From Podarcis filfolensis (taxonomy: Eukaryota): a DNA stretch of 64,000 nucleotides. The notes under the pieces were generated by a model. The model did no database searches and had not been told where the DNA came from. It saw only the letters and a program-made list of their open reading frames with translations. Of this stretch, positions 1 through 12,051 are shown in pieces; position 1 is the first letter of the stretch; each line of letters begins with the position of its first letter. The stretch is from the NCBI GenBank assembly GCA_964270895.1, contig OZ185435.1; one strand, given 5' to 3'. A program made the translations under genes and the position numbers.

Positions 1-473
1 TGCTGATGATGCCCATAGGCTTTGCATAACTAAAATTAGAAAAGGAAATTGCTTTCGGCTTCAGAGAAGGCAACATGCTAGTTATTTCACTTTTTTCAGT
101 CAAAATGGAGCATCATGTATAAACCTCAATCAGGAAAAACATTATTTTATGCACACATTATTCTTTTACTGAAATGTCAGAAAGAATTTATTATTTCCTC
201 ATTTTTCTAAACATACATGTGCTTTAGATAGGAAAAGTGATGAGATTCCAATCTGAACCTCTTTTGTTGTTCTTGTAATAATAGAGTATTTTCACCACAA
301 TTGTATTAGTCCAGCACATAAAATGATTTTGGTGTAAATTGATGTGCAGTTGTAGTCCAGACAGGATTCTGTTACACACAAACTGAAACACACACCTGTC
401 ATTTCTTTCCGAAATAATTTTCAAGTACTCCTTACTTTCATGTGCCCAGGTTCCATAACTCAGCAGTGAAGAA

Positions 474-658
474 GGCCCATAGGCCAGTGGTGTAGATCAC
501 ATCCTTTCAGTACAGTTTGAGATATAATTCTTGGTATCTCAAAACATTCTGTGAAAGAACTCTTACTTATCCCTTGGGAATTGCAACTAAACTAGACAAG
601 ACAATACTAGATTAAATGGCCCAATGGTCTGATTTGATAATAGGCAGTTCATATGTTC
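474..658 (+). mobile_element. Degenerate tRNA-headed SINE remnant
   Basis: Decayed head GGCCCATAGGCCAGTGGT and 3' block AATGGTCTGATTTGATAATAGGCAGTTC, similar to the copies at 9181, 43478 and 62353. Confidence 0.45.
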
Positions 659-1468
659 AGATTCACAATTCTTTGTTTCCACAAAAATGAATTCCCTCCC
701 ACCTTTTATACACTGGTGCTGATTCTGTACGATATGGTGTTTTATTTAACCTAAGAAAAGAATTACAGCTCAATGTATTTTAGAATAGCGCATTGGAAGT
801 CCATCCATGAAAATACTATATCTGTGTTCCTTTTCACATAAAATATGACTTGCATGTCTGTATATGCACATATAACTTACATCATGTGTATGCATTTATA
901 ACATCCTCATAAAGACAGAAATCCTTTCTTATAAATTCATTCCACACGTCATAAAATGAAACTAGTATTAAAATATTTATCAGCTCAGGGGCTCATGCCA
1001 TGAATTATTACCATGAACAGGGAAGTTGAGATGTATACAGCAATTGTCTGTTGTTAGAAACAAGTAACACTTAGAAAATGATTTTTCTACAAAGTTCCAT
1101 ATATTTTACATGATTTATCTTGGGCTTCCTAGGCAAGTTTATTGTGAAGTAAGTCCTACTAAATTCAGTGGGAACTACTCCAAAGTAAGGGTGGGCACCT
1201 CAGCTCTCAGTGTTATTCTTTGTCCATCAAGATGTACGGAATTGAGCGATCTGAGAAGTTGAGCCTCTGTGAAGTTCTCTCATTGAATTTCAGTAATGTA
1301 CTATTCTCATAGCTGGAATCAAACTCAGAGAAGCAGGTTCTGCCAGTTTTCAGCAGAAACCAACTTGACTGCCAACTTACAACATATGATGCACACCTAC
1401 TTCCATTCCTGGAGCATTTCTAATTGCTTCAGTTTAATTGAACAGATTATAAAATAGATTTTCCTTTT

Positions 1469-1494
1469 AACAAACAAACAAACAAACAAACAAA
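1469..1494. repeat. (AAAC)n microsatellite
   Basis: Direct reading. Confidence 0.9.
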
Positions 1495-2019
1495 GTCAAA
1501 TAAAAATTCATGCTGTTGTTTAAAAAGGGTTTAAAAAGGTGAACAACCCATCTAAATATTGTAAGGAAGTTCAGGGCAGACAACTGCGTTCAGCCTTGCA
1601 TTTGCTCCACTTCTGTTGACTATACTGGGAAAGCAGGGAGAATCCAAGGGAAAGGGGGTGTATATAGTCCAGAAATCCAAATTTAGAAGACCATATTCTT
1701 GTGGCAGTTGTGTAATGTAATTCTGTGTGGATCTGTGGTAGCACATTGATTGAAATGCCTGGTGCATGTATTTTCTGGAATATTCGGGCCATGCCATATC
1801 ATTTGCTTTTTCCACAGGCATGCAAATAGAGGTTTGTAGTGCTGCAGCTGCCTCTTATTCCTTGCATGAGGAAAACCAAGGGTTGCACTTGGAGCCTCAC
1901 CGTAACTGTAGACTTTAGCCTTCCATTCTAACTATCTTCAACTGCCAGAATCCTCTGGTTCAAATTTGTCATGGCTTTCTCAACAAAGTCTCTTGTTGAC
2001 CTCTGCTGAAGATCTAGAG

Positions 2020-2154
2020 CAGCATGGGCAAACTCCAGCCCTCCAGATGTTTGGGACTACATTTCCCATCATCCCTAGCTAACAGGAAGAGTGGTCAGGG
2101 ATGGTGGGAATTGTAGTCCCAAACATCTGGAGGACTGGAATTTGCCTATTCCTG
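2020..2154. mobile_element. hAT MITE family A (palindromic, about 135 bp)
   Basis: Ends CAGCATGGGCAAAC...TTTGCCTATTCCTG, long internal inverted repeat, 8-bp TSD ATCTAGAG at 2012-2019 and 2155-2162. Confidence 0.92.
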
Positions 2155-2369
2155 ATCTAGAGTATGCTGTCATGTATTGTTTTTGGCTCCTAGTGTGAAC
2201 CCTGTGCCTTTCCTGCTCCTTTGTCTTCGTTTTGTAGTTTCTGTGTAATCCTACAAGTAGCTTTGTTCATGTACAGACCACACAGACTGTCATTTTATAA
2301 CATTAGTTGCAGGTACATTTCTCCTGATCAGTCCTTTACCTGTGTGTGTCTTCACACTGCTGTATCTGT

Positions 2370-2540
2370 GTGGCCAACTGCACTAGGTGCCAGTTAGTTT
2401 CTGGACCCAATTCAAAGCTAGTTTTCCCCTACAATGCCTTAAACATCTCAGGAGCACAATACCCCAAGGACTGCCTCTGCCCATATGAACTGACCCAGAC
2501 CCTATGATCATAATTGAAGGCTCTTCTTTGTGTGCCTCCG
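2370..2540 (+). mobile_element. Degenerate L2 LINE RT C-terminal fragment
   Basis: Decayed reading resembling the L2 LHWLP..FK..ALN..GP.YL...L.PY region. Confidence 0.5.
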
Positions 2541-2544
2541 TCAT

Positions 2545-2658
2545 CCCAGATGTTTTGGGACTACAACTCCCATGATCCCTAGCTAACAGTACCAGTGGTC
2601 AGGGATGATGGGAATTGCAGTCCCGACACATCTGGAGGGCCAAGTTTGCCTATGCCTG
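2545..2658. mobile_element. hAT MITE family A, truncated at one end
   Basis: Same core as 2020-2154; intact end GTTTGCCTATGCCTG. Confidence 0.85.
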
Positions 2659-3221
2659 ATATATATCTAAAGATAGGTGCTATCATCTTCCCTCCAGCTC
2701 ATCAAAAGATTGATCAGAAGACCCAGAAGAGAGTGATTTGCATCCCCGTCTGGTTACTTGGCTGGGTAGCCCACCACTGTCGATCATTTATTTTTCTTTT
2801 TGCCATCACTGCCAAAATCAGTAGGGTCTTGGGGTGGAGCATTAAAAAAAATTGTAAGCAGATTAGGCCCCCGGACCAGAGGTTAGCTACCCCCACTTTA
2901 AGTGATTCTAATTTTATTTTATTTCTGGTGGCTTTAAGAAATCATAGGACTGACTGAATCCTTGGTACTTAGGCTTCAGGACCGAGTTCAAAACTCTCAC
3001 AATCAAAGGCAAAACCCTTGTGAATTAAGAATGTGAGTTGCTGTTGTTTAATAAATTCAGTGGAGTTTCCCTTTTCTACATTATTTGGCATAAGAGTGTG
3101 GATCAAAGGTGTTTAGCACAAATAAACTAGTCTAGTTATCTTAGAAGAGAATGAGACACTGCTTTTGCCCAACAATATCAAGTTTGCTTTCTCTGTGATC
3201 AGTGCAATACAAAGCTAGCAA

Positions 3222-3665
3222 NNNNNNNNNNNNNNNNNNNNNNNNNNNNNNNNNNNNNNNNNNNNNNNNNNNNNNNNNNNNNNNNNNNNNNNNNNNNNNN
3301 NNNNNNNNNNNNNNNNNNNNNNNNNNNNNNNNNNNNNNNNNNNNNNNNNNNNNNNNNNNNNNNNNNNNNNNNNNNNNNNNNNNNNNNNNNNNNNNNNNNN
3401 NNNNNNNNNNNNNNNNNNNNNNNNNNNNNNNNNNNNNNNNNNNNNNNNNNNNNNNNNNNNNNNNNNNNNNNNNNNNNNNNNNNNNNNNNNNNNNNNNNNN
3501 NNNNNNNNNNNNNNNNNNNNNNNNNNNNNNNNNNNNNNNNNNNNNNNNNNNNNNNNNNNNNNNNNNNNNNNNNNNNNNNNNNNNNNNNNNNNNNNNNNNN
3601 NNNNNNNNNNNNNNNNNNNNNNNNNNNNNNNNNNNNNNNNNNNNNNNNNNNNNNNNNNNNNNNNN
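3222..3665. other. Assembly gap (444 N)
   Basis: N run. Confidence 0.99.
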
Positions 3666-6600
3666 CTAGACGTTCATATTGATGCAAAATAAAAATAATT
3701 TTCATTTTGTTAAAGTCCTCTGCTCGTTTTAACAGTTATCAACAAGTCCAGGGAAACATACCAGCATACCACAAAGCTATTTTTTAAAAAACTGTCATGT
3801 TCCATTTTTCTTAAAATTAGATTAGATTTAAAACAAACTCTCTATATCCTACTGATGTACTTCAAGTATAAGTCATTAATTGTTGTTTTTCATGTCCTTC
3901 CATCAGATGTGATGCAAGAGGCTCAGTTTCTTGTTAACAGGAGGAAAGAAGGGAAGGAAGCAAAAATAAAGAGTAAATGAGTATTCCCTGCTCCCTGTTA
4001 TAAGCAGGATTTAATTTGAGGCTGAGCTTAGTCAAGGAATCTATGCTAGTTTAATATCTATGTGGTGATCTACAGCAAAGGAAGTTGGGCATTGCTTCAT
4101 TTGTATGGAGAAGCCTGCTAAAGAGAGCAATCCAGTACATGAACAATAGCATTTCCCAAACGCTAAAATCCCTACTGTTCAGGAAGATAAAAATATGGAA
4201 TACTGCATAGTTTCTCAGACTGTGGACTGTAGACCACCAGTGTGAGCTTAATTGCGGTGGCCCACAGCATGTCTGTGAAGTACACTTACAATTTGATCTG
4301 AAATCGTAATACAATAAAATTGTATTACATTAAAATACAATATAAAACATAAAAGAAGCAATAAAAATACAGTTAAAAATGTAACTCGAAGCAGATCACA
4401 CTGCAATTGCTTCAACAGCCAGAAAAAAATTAAGTGGTCCACCAAAACCCTCAACAGTGTTTAAGTGGTATGTTGGATAAAAAAACTGGCAACCACAGAA
4501 ACAGAGCATTCCTATCCTTACAGGTTGATAGAGGTTCAAGATTGGTAAGATCAGCCTTGTTCTTATTTTGAGCTAGGGTAAAGAAAATTTCCAGAGATCC
4601 TATCCTGTGCTGAATGTTAAAATTTCCACATCTTGAATTGCCTGCAGGAATTTTATGTGTGCATATAGTTGACAAACCCTGCTTTTATTAGAAGAAGTGG
4701 GCCAGCTTTTCATGGATGTAGATATGGCGGTCAGTAAGGCGATTCCCAGGACTGGTCTTTTTATGAATTGATTATAGCAACCTTGAACAGCCATGGAATT
4801 ATTCCATTCTATAGGATTCTCAGGGCAATTAGTCTATTTACTTGGACAGGGCCAACTGCTCAGTATTCTGCCAAGGAGGCTGAAATGTGGGATGTACACA
4901 ACTAAATCAGGTGCATGTGGAACAGCTTTCAGGAGCAGAGTGAAATTTCCCCTCCCTGACCTCACCCTCATATGTGCCCCCCATGCTTTGGAATGGATTT
5001 TGGGGCTCTCATTCTGCATGTACAGTGATTTAGTTGAAGACAACTTTATGTATCTGCCAATCTGAAATAAGACAATAAAGCCAGGTATACGATTCTTAGG
5101 ATTGTTTATTAACATTTTCTTATTGATAAGAAAGGATTCCCCCCCCCCCCCGAAATGTGGCAAGATATAAATATTGTGCTATAATTCCTTTATGTGATTA
5201 TGCAGGATTCTCCTTTAGATGCATTGCTTAATTATGATGCAATCCTGTACCCAGTTACCTGGGTGTAAGCCCCATTGAACTCAGTTGGACAGATTCTGAC
5301 TTTACAGGTCATGCTCTCGAGCAAAGCATCACTGAGCACAACCCAAAGGAGACTTAAGTTTATTTAAACCTTTTAATGTTAATGTGTTTAAAAGTGTTTA
5401 ATCCTGTGTTGCACTGTGGACATTGTGTTTGAAAACAGAGGGTGGATAGTAGATGATGCTATATCTTATTTATACTCTGTTTACGTCACGTAATGTGAAG
5501 CTTCTTCCTGAGAGCCACAGCACTCTGACAAACACTTATTTTCCTCCTTCGTTTTCACAGCAGCAGCAGCAACAACAACTAAAAGAAGTTAAAAAGTGGT
5601 TTGTGGTTTGGCTCTGGGAACAACTACCTCAAAAATGCAGAGTAAGCACTGAGTGTGCATAGGCAATCCCTTGTGTGTTCATAGCGGTTCTGCCATGCCC
5701 AGGATTGCCACTTACAAAAAGAAAAAAGGATGATGCAGATTTGCATAATATCTGTATATGCCGAATAATTTATAAAGAATCACTATAATTTAAATAGAAA
5801 TACGATACATCTCACCACAGAGGGAAGGACTGTGACCAAGTGGCTTGTCTTTCTGCCCAGTCTGCTGAAATGATAACTCCTGAACAGTGATTAGAAAGCA
5901 GGGGATTCCTTTTTGGAAAGGGGGATCAGCGGGCCTTTGCTTCAGGGCAGTAGAGAGCCACTTAGAGTATGCCCAACCTTTATACCAGAGGAACAAGAAG
6001 ATGCTTGCTGTATCAGCATCTCCACAGGTGCCTCCAGGAAGCCCAAAGCAAGAGATTAGGACACTAAAGCTCTCCTGCTATTGTTTCCCAAGGACTGGAG
6101 GTCTTGCATAGCCATCCTTACTAGCAGCTATTGTTAGTCCTGTCCTCCATTATGTCGACCTCCTTTTAAAGATCCATTGCATATTGTGAACAGCAGTAGG
6201 TGTGTTGTCTCAGGACCTGCCCAGTGCGGTCCAGCCTTTTTGGGCTTGGCTAATTGACCTGAACACCTGCTCTCCACTTCTGAATTTGTGCTACAAGTCA
6301 GTCTGACCCTTTTCAGCACCATGGAGGCTCTGCCAGGAGCTTTGCCACAACAAGACGGGATCTTCTGGATTACGGTCCTTTGTCTCATCTAAATTGACAG
6401 TGATACTTTAATTAAGATATAATCATAATAAGCTTGCTTGTTTCCTCTAAATCACTTCTGATCTTAGTATCTTTAGGAGAAAAACCTCATCCTGTGGCAA
6501 GGTCGTTCACTTTATCTTCCTGCTTCTTAAATTGGACCAGCAAATTTTTTACAGAGTCCGTTTAAATAAGGGTTTTGGATCTTGTGAGATGATGCATTTT

Positions 6601-6979
6601 CATTAATTGTAAAGAGGTGATTTGAGCAAAGTGTGCATACAAATAGGTTGTCATATTCATGTTGTTTCTAGGCTGAAGTAACTATAAATATCTGCACTAA
6701 ACATTGCACGCAAGTGCAATATGCTTATTTTTATCTGGTTTACTTGCTTCCGTTAAGGCTTAGCTTGAAGCAGAGCTCAACTTTAGAACCTATGAAATGG
6801 AATATCAATACATTTTCATGTGTCTATCTCATGGATGAACAATCTGTCACCCCCTGCTAGCAGTTATTTCAGTCTTGGCTGTTTCTATCCTTCAAGGAAA
6901 TACAGGAATATAGATCAGAGACTTCCTCTCTTGCAATATGGTTTCTGTCTGTGAAATCATGTATTCCAAGTGGGGTTAG

Positions 6980-7810
6980 ATAATTAGATCCTCTTCTCAT
7001 GAGGATTCTATGGCTGATTTGGCCTGCATTACTGAGACTTGAGTGAGTAAGCTACGTGGACTTGACCTTACCCACCTGGAATCATGATACAGCATCAGGC
7101 TAGATGGGGGAGTTAAAGGGGAGGTGTTGTTATTGCCCATAAAAGCAGTATCTTATTGACCAGAATACCTTTTCATCTTCGGACAGGTGTAGAAGGTCTG
7201 TACCTGGTGTTGCTCCAGAAAGACGATTGCAGGTGCTTCTGGTCTATCTAACACCCTGTTGTGCAACAGAGTCATTGATTGGGCTGGCTGATGTGGTCTC
7301 TTGGGTACTGTTGCAGTTGTCCTGGATGACTTCAGTATCTACGCAGAGGTTGCTGCTCAACCAAGTAGAGACTTCATGGCCTCCATGACAACCATGGGTC
7401 TCTCTCAAATGATCATCAGTTCAAGACATCGGGCAGGGCACACCCTTGATGTAGTCTTTGCCCTAAGTGATATAAGAGATGGACTGTGGAAAGGGGGAGT
7501 GCAATGCACACCCTTGTCATGGTTGAGCTATTGTTTGGTTATTTGGCATCCCTCCCCCACACCCGTAAGGAGTGGTAGGCCCAAATGGCCAACACTTGGA
7601 GACTGATGGAAACTGATGTATTCCTGAATGCTCTTGGGTTTTTTTCCCAGGGGAGTAAGCTAGTGATCCTTGTCAAAGCCCTGGTCTCACTTTGGAATAT
7701 TTGAGATGAAATGGGTGGTTGACACAGTGGCTCCCAAGTCTTGTCTTCACTGCATCCTCTCTGTGACCATCAACAGTTTTTAGCTGGTGTATAGGTGTGG
7801 GAAAGGGCTG
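6980..7810 (+). mobile_element. Degenerate L2-clade LINE, apurinic endonuclease region
   Basis: Motifs LACITET, V.DDFSIY (GDFN-like), DFMASMTTMGLSQ, HRAGHTLDVVF and PLSW; broken by stops and frameshifts. Confidence 0.8.
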
Positions 7811-8432
7811 TAGAAAGTATGAGATGTATGAAGTAGGAGACGGATATACTGTCATCTTATGGGAGAAGAAAAAATGGAAAAGGACTTAGAAGAGAAGACA
7901 AGTGAGTGTGTGGGTGTGGGTGTGTAGATCACTTGGTCTTCAGGCATAGCTTAAGCGTGCTAAAGAAATAACCATGAACAAACTGAAAAGGGCACATTTG
8001 AGTTTTGCTGGACATGACGTTTTGTGCCTGCTTGAAGTCCTATATTTGCACCAAAGTCATTCGTATGCAAATCCTCAGTACAACTTTAACCTCTTATTAG
8101 GTTATATGAACTTCTTCCATTCTTACCCCATGGCCATATCCTATAACATCTTTCTGTCGTCTTAAAACAAGATGCCTAGAACAGCGTGTGCAATTATATT
8201 GTCACTTCCTGTAGTGCAGTTAGTGCTGAGTATCATTTTTATTTTGCTTATGAACTCTGTGATCTGTCAATACAAAGGAGACCTGGGAGCACTGGTGCAT
8301 GAAATATGCCCATATATGATGTATTTTAAAGGGCAGAATTCACTGTGGTATAACTGCTTACCTTTTCACCAGTGACACTTATTAGAACTTCTGAGAATCA
8401 TAACAGGTAATCTGTGCCAGCCAGCCATGCAA

Positions 8433-8435
<3 letters not shown>

Positions 8436-8482
<47 letters not shown>
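8436..8482. repeat. (AT)n microsatellite
   Basis: Direct reading. Confidence 0.95.
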
Positions 8483-8489
<7 letters not shown>

Positions 8490-9180
8490 CTCTCTTTTGT
8501 TTGGAATATATGTGGTGTACCATCTTTGCTTTTCCTAGTGCCAGAACACGTGAGTGGAAGGGTGTGTCTGATCATAATTAAAATGTTGTAACTACAAAAA
8601 ACCCCTCCCTAACAATAATTTAGGTAGATTATTTATTCAGAGTCTTTTGTTCCAGTTTTTTATATGTATATTGTACCTCTGTACAAATTCGCTGCCTGTT
8701 TTATTTCAGAAAAATGAATACAAAAATAGCAGCTTTTAAAAGCTCTTGTGTAAGCTCAGGAGAATCTTTGCTGCAATATCTAACTGAAAAGGTAATGAAC
8801 TGTAAAATAAGTTGAAATGATTGGGGATTAAAAATCTCTGGTGTGCAGTGACAGTACAATCATATTCCACAGCAAAGGTTTCTTGTATTAAGGGTAATAA
8901 ATAAAACTTATTTTTGTCACCATGATTAGTTTTCACCATCATAATGACAGGTTTGACCTTCTTTCTCTTCAGATGTTGGTAGTCTGTGACCAAGTAGTTG
9001 GAATGCTGGTGGAAGCTTGGAAGCCCACACATTTAGCAAGGATTAGAAATCATAAAATGGCAATTTATTAAAATTTGGAAAGAGTTGTTCCATTAAATGA
9101 CAAAAAAACCCTCTGCTTGGAAATAGCCCAGTCTTGATGCAAGCTAAAAGTACAGTAGCCACTAAGAAACGTATGAGAGA

Positions 9181-9366
9181 AGCTGTTGATCAGTGGTAAA
9201 GCCCATCCATTTAATGCAGAAAGGTCCCAGCCTTGATCCCTAATAATTGTTTAAAAGGAACCCAGATGGCAGGATCAGGAAATGAGATCTATTGTTTTCA
9301 CTCAGAGAAGATCATACTGGACAAGATTATCTTGACTCGGTATGAGGCAGCTTCAGCTATTCCTAT
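9181..9366 (+). mobile_element. Degenerate tRNA-headed SINE
   Basis: A/B-box-like head (CAGTGGTAAAGC...CCTTGATCCC) and 3' block TGACTCGGTATGAGGCAGCTTC shared with other copies in the window. Confidence 0.6.
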
Positions 9367-9404
9367 ACTTAGCATCCTTAGACTTGTAAAAGTAAATTAA
9401 ATGA

Positions 9405-9500
9405 CAATGCAATCATATAAATATCTACTCAGAAGTAAGTCTCATTGATTTTGGTGGCAGTTACTAGAGACAAGTGGGTACAGTATAGGACTCAGCCTTA
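9405..9500. repeat. Old palindromic MITE-like remnant (GTAAGTCCCATTGA-type core)
   Basis: Related decayed cores near 1165, 5260, 23300-23402 and 39475. Confidence 0.4.
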
Positions 9501-10310
9501 ATCACAGATCCAAAGTAAACTGTTTCTGGACTGATATTATACAAAAAATAGAGAAAAGAAATGTCTGTTCAGCAAGAAGGATTCTAATTTTTCTTTAGAA
9601 ACTGCAAAACACAAATATTGTGAAAATGCAGAAGTTATTAACTGCTGGATAGTGGCTACCCATACTTATTTTTCAAAATTACAGGCTGTCTCTCCTTCCC
9701 TTTCCACCCCCTCAGACATACTATGTCTGGCTAGGAGGCTAAGCAAATATATTTACTTGCTGTGGAATCTGACCTGTATGACTTTTTATTGTGTTTCTCC
9801 TGCATGTGGAAACACTTTTGCTCTTCCTGGAAACTAGCATTACTTGTTCTACAATGTGCTGAGTTTCTCTTGCTTTAGAGAGCAAGGCATAGAGCTCCTC
9901 TCACAATTTTGCAGTTCCTTTGGGCTATAAAGTATACTGTCCCTCTTGATATCATAGTTCCTTGCTTTATTGAAATAATAGCAAAGGAACAATGAAACTA
10001 TTTGTACTTCTCTTTGGAAAAACAAAACAAAACCTTATATTTTCTTGTATTCGTTGTACAGAGGAATTGATATCTTATATCAAGGCACATATCTTACCCA
10101 AGGTCATTTTTAAACTTTCAGACAAATCTTCTGTAAGTCAAAAGCATTTCTTCCTCTTTTATTTACTTTCTCAATTAAAGGTAAGATTAATTGGAACTAA
10201 TGAATGTTCATTTGATTTTTTTTTTTAATAAACCAATGAGACTTCAGGGCTGGAAACTCACTTTATAGTAACTTTTGATTAGGGACTGGGAAGGTGGATA
10301 ATGAAAAAGT

Positions 10311-10780
10311 NNNNNNNNNNNNNNNNNNNNNNNNNNNNNNNNNNNNNNNNNNNNNNNNNNNNNNNNNNNNNNNNNNNNNNNNNNNNNNNNNNNNNNNNNN
10401 NNNNNNNNNNNNNNNNNNNNNNNNNNNNNNNNNNNNNNNNNNNNNNNNNNNNNNNNNNNNNNNNNNNNNNNNNNNNNNNNNNCTTCAAGATTGAGTCTAT
10501 ACAANNNNNNNNNNNNNNNNNNNNNNNNNNNNNNNNNNNNNNNNNNNNNNNNNNNNNNNNNNNNNNNNNNNNNNNNNNNNNNNNNNNNNNNNNNNNNNNN
10601 NNNNNNNNNNNNNNNNNNNNNNNNNNNNNNNNNNNNNNNNNNNNNNNNNNNNNNNNNNNNNNNNNNNNNNNNNNNNNNNNNNNNNNNNNNNNNNNNNNNN
10701 NNNNNNNNNNNNNNNNNNNNNNNNNNNNNNNNNNNNNNNNNNNNNNNNNNNNNNNNNNNNNNNNNNNNNNNNNNNNNNNN
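10311..10780. other. Two assembly gaps (172 N and 276 N) around a 22-bp island at 10483-10504
   Basis: N runs. Confidence 0.99.
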
Positions 10781-11808
10781 TTGTGAGGATGAGGCCATCA
10801 GTTACATTTATCTGAATGATCTTTACAGTTGAAATTATTCAGGTTTGATTGTGGTTGCAAATATGGTTCATAATTTCCAAGCTTTGTTTTTGCCACCTTA
10901 ATTTTTTCAGGGCCAAGTATTTACTAAGACAAAGCACAGTACGTATGTTGTATGCTTAGTGTCATCCAAATCCTAAATGAGTCTTTTGCTGCATAATTAT
11001 AGTAGCTTCACCTAGTTGTATATTCAGTATTAATGTTTATTGTACGCACCTCCACGATATTCTGCCTTGTTCTTCTAGGATAAAAAATTAACATATAAAT
11101 AATGTAGGATTACAGTATTTTGAAATAATTAGCAAAATGTGATTGGTACTAAATGAGGAATTATTAAAGATGCAATTTATATGGATTTTCTGCATAAGAT
11201 ATTAGCTTGCAGGAGATCTACAATAGTTGGTTTGGTATCAAATTTTAGAGAGTTGATAATTTTAGATTTATTTTTTTTCAATTAAGATGCCAGTCCTATG
11301 GCACCACTCCGTTGGCAGTTGCTACACGGAGGTAATACAGTCAAAATCCTATGCGCACTCAGCTGCAAAGTAGAAAGCAAAACAATACAAGTAGGAAGAA
11401 GAGATAATGCAGCAACACTAATGGACACTTTCACTGCATGTCTGACCAGTCCAACATCACCCACTTGTCACAGTGCTACCCATGAGGGAGATGTGACAGC
11501 AGAAACAGCATGATAATGTCTTGGATCATAGTTTGCAGCTCCTTCCGGTGCATTAAACAGTGCATGAGCACACTTCTAGCAAGAGCCCATAGCACACTCC
11601 TCATCAGATCACCTCAGGGGTCATGAGGGCAGTAATGAACACCCACAGCCTCAGACTCCAAAATTCAGTTCAGACCAGGGTTCAAATCTTCTGGCAGCCA
11701 AAATGTAGCCAGTCACCACATAGGATTAAGAGTTTTAACAGACAAAGAAAAGGACGGAATGGCAGTCAGTCACAACAGCGCAGTAGTTTGCAGCAATAAA
11801 ATATAAAA

Positions 11809-12016
11809 CCAGGCAGAGGGCCTTTTCGGTGGTGGCGCCTGCCCTGTGGAACGCCCTCCTACCAGATGTCAAGGAAATGAACAACTACCTGACTTTTAGA
11901 AGACATCTGAAGGCAGCCCTGTTTAGGGAAGTTTTTAATGTTTGAAGTTTTATTCTGTTTAATATTCTGTTGGGAGCCACCCAGAGTGGCTGGGGAAACC
12001 CGGTGAGATGGGTGGG

Positions 12017-12050
<34 letters not shown>
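11809..12050 (+). mobile_element. L2 LINE 3' end with (TAA)n tail
   Basis: Translates to RQRAFSVVAPALWNALLPDVKEMNNYLTFRRHLKAALFREVFNV*, then a 3' UTR and (TAA)n; same family as 61885-62160. Confidence 0.88.

Positions 12051-12051
<1 letters not shown>

Noticed and set aside
1552-1821. Overlapping minus-strand ORFs (89 and 73 aa)
   Set aside because: No recognisable domain or splice context; consistent with chance ORFs
3199-3705. Long ORFs spanning N gaps (also near 10244-10832, 24168-24688, 39716-40111 and 49745-50101)
   Set aside because: Artefacts of translating N runs
11287-11331. 45-nt candidate exon (AG...GAG|GTAATA)
   Set aside because: Neither reading is recognised and it does not chain with other candidates into a known protein
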